Shown here piece by piece: positions 61,546 to 64,000 of a DNA stretch of 64,000 nucleotides (positions within the stretch are counted from its first letter, which is position 1; each line of letters starts with the position of its first letter). Source of the stretch: Macrostomum lignano (Eukaryota). The DNA lies in the NCBI GenBank assembly GCA_002269645.1, contig NIVC01000010.1, positions 434,001-498,000 on the forward strand. Direction: 5' to 3'. The notes under the pieces are model-generated. The model did not search any database. It had not been told where the DNA came from and saw nothing but the letters and a program-made list of their open reading frames with translations. Both the position numbers and the translations under genes were made by a program.

Positions 61546-63124
61546 TTCAATTATCAATACCTGTTTCTCAATTATCAATCCCTGTTTCCTAATTATCAAT
61601 CCCTGTTTCTCAATTATCAATCCCTGTTTCTCAATTATCAATCCCTGTTCCTCAATTATCAATCCCTGTTTCTCAATTATCAATCCCTGTTTCTCAATTA
61701 TCAATCCCTGTTCCTCAATTATCAATCCCTGTTTCTCAATTATCAATCCCTGTTTCTCAATTATCAATCCCTGTTTCTCAATTATCAATCCCTGTTTCTC
61801 AATTATCAATCCTTGTTCCTCAATTATCAATCCCTGTTTCTCAATTATCAATCCCTGTTTCTCAATTATCAATCCTTGTTTCTTAATTATCAATCCCTGT
61901 TTCTCAATTATCAATCCCTGTTTCTTAATTATCAATCCCTGTTTCTCAATTGTCAATCCCTGTTTCTTAATTATCAATCTCTGTTTCTCAATTGTCAATC
62001 CCTGTTTCTTAATTATCAATCCCTGTTTCTTAATTATCAATCCCTGTTTCTCAATTGTCAATCCCTGTTTCTTAATTATCAATCCCTGTTTCTTAATTAT
62101 CAATCCCTGTTTCTCAATTGTCAATCCCTGTTTCTTAATTATCAATCCCTGTTTCTCAATTATCAATCCCTGTTTCTCAAGTATCAATCCCGGTTTCTTA
62201 ATTATCAATCCCTGTTTCTCAATTATCAATCCCTGTTTCTCAATTATCAATCCCTGTTTCTCAATTATCAATCCCTGTTTCTCAATTGTCAATCCCTGTT
62301 TCTTAATTATCAATCCCTGTTTCTCAATTATCAATCCCTGTTTCTCAATTATCAATCCCTGTTTCCTAATTATCAATCCCTGTTCCTCAATTATCAATCC
62401 CTTTTTCCTAATTATCAATCCCTGTTCCTCAATTATCAATCCCTGTTTCTTAATTATCAATCCCTGTTTCTCAATTATCAATCCCTGTTTCTCAATTATC
62501 AATCCCTGTTTCTTAATTATCAATCCCTGTTTCTCAATTATCAATCCCTGTTTCTCAATTATCAATCCCTGTTTCCTAATTATCAATCCCTGTTCCTCAA
62601 TTATCAATCCCTGTTTCTCAATTATCAATCCCTGTTTCTCAATTATCAATCCTTGTTCCTCAATTATCAATCCCTGTTTCTCAATTATCAATCCCTGTTT
62701 CTCAATTATCAATCCCTGTTTCTCAATTATTAATCCCTGTTTCTCAATTATCAATCCTTATTTCTCAATTATCAATCCCTGTTTCTCAATTATCAATCCC
62801 TGTTTCTCAATTATTAATCCCTGTTTCTCAATTATCAATCCTTATTTCTCAATTATCAATCCCTGTTTCTCAATTATCAATCCTTGTTTCTCAATTATCA
62901 ATCCTTGTTTCTCAATTATCAATCCTTGTTTCTCAATCAATCCTTATTTCTCAATTATCAATCCCTGTTTCTTAATTATCAATCCCTGTTTCTTAATTAT
63001 CAATCCCTGTTTCTCAATTATCAATCCTTGTTTCTCAATTATCAATCTCTGTTTCTTAATTATTAATCCCTGTTTCTCAATTATCAATCTCTGTTTCTCA
63101 ATTATCAATCCTTGTTTCTCAATT
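61546..63124. repeat. 21-bp minisatellite AATTATCAATCCCTGTTTCTC, about 75 units
   Basis: Source of the IINPCFS, IIEKQGL and FLNYQSL ORFs. Confidence 0.97.
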
Positions 63125-63721
63125 GTGGATTTTCTTTTCGAGTTAATTATTTTACTCATCAGAGCCACTAAAACCTGCATTTGCTCATCTGCGACCAGCA
63201 CACGGCCTATAGTTGTTTTGCTTGAATAGAAAGTATATTCTGTAGTTACGCTCGGCATTTCCTGTTGCCGGGCTTTTTTTCGCTGCTTAACACGAAATGA
63301 GACTTTGCCTGACAACTAGCTCGTAACTACAATCTATTAAACCACTTTAAAGCTCACTTTCAGGAAGGTTATTGACATAGATTTTATTTTGCGGGATTTA
63401 ATCGATCACTTTCCCGGACATATTGCAAGGATTATTGTATGTATCTAAATAAGCGAGCTTCTCTCTTCTCTTCCTTCGTTACTCGAGACATTTCTTAATG
63501 AAATTTTGTCTATGGTAAGAATGTGGGGGCTTCGCCCCCACACCCCCATCCCCAACTTCAACCATAGACATACAAGTATGGCTCCGGGATTTAATCACAT
63601 ACCGACCTCAAACCCATAGAATATCTTATACATAACAGCAAAACACTAATAATGATAATATTGCATGGACTTAGTTCATAGAGTTATCGTTAGTGTAATA
63701 AGTGTAATTGTAATACCTCAA

Positions 63722-64000
63722 TTAATTGCTGATGGTCACACTGCAGTCCTTGAAGTTGAAATTAATCGTCTTTTCGATCTGAACATCAGACGTTCGTTTG
63801 TAGCACCGCAGTGCTGATAGACTTCGATGTCCTGTTCTCTCCATGATGAGCTGTTCATCCACGTTTGCATGGTACAAACGAGTGGCACATGTAGCACGCA
63901 GGCTGTGATTAGTTACTCGTCCATTGATTCCTGCCTCGGTGCACACACCAAGGAAACCACTTCACACCGAGGTTGGCCAACGGTTGCAAATAGAAACGAG
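63722..64000 (-). mobile_element. Crypton-type tyrosine recombinase (DUF3504-like) C-terminal remnant, runs off the window edge
   Basis: TNHSLRATCATRL..IMERTGHRS..YKR carries the H-x-x-R, H and Y catalytic motifs; upstream RFYLQPL..WF is in another frame, indicating decay. Confidence 0.8.

Overview
Eukaryotic (animal) genomic DNA. It has GT-AG introns, SINEs, LINEs and MITEs, and a gene set that suggests a flatworm or other lophotrochozoan; Macrostomum-like is my inference, not proven. Bases 1-8.5 kb hold three non-LTR retrotransposons separated by microsatellites, and 9-13 kb is mini/microsatellite arrays. Genes: two intronless C-type-lectin/PAN genes in inverted orientation flanking two 2-exon glutathione S-transferases (13.5-21.4 kb); a 4-exon myosin regulatory light chain (23.4-25.5 kb); a tandem array of five intronless DUF1294-family membrane-protein genes (29.4-41.0 kb, minus strand); a 6-exon LMAN2/VIP36-like lectin (45.8-56.7 kb); an intronless octopamine-beta-like GPCR (60.0-61.3 kb); and a Crypton-type tyrosine-recombinase remnant at the right edge. 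Most striking observations: (1) the expanded, bacterial-type DUF1294 array, with added Cys-rich heads and growing N-glycosylation tails; (2) a GST 3' splice site amplified into about 15 tandem copies; (3) a hAT-type MITE carrying a 64-nt piece of 28S rRNA mutated exactly at the R2/I-PpoI site; (4) TE relics with near-total CpG erosion next to CpG-rich young elements; (5) a three-layer nested DNA-transposon structure in the LMAN2 intron. Most long ORFs in the supplied track are artefacts of tandem repeats. All calls come from reading the sequence; no searches were run.
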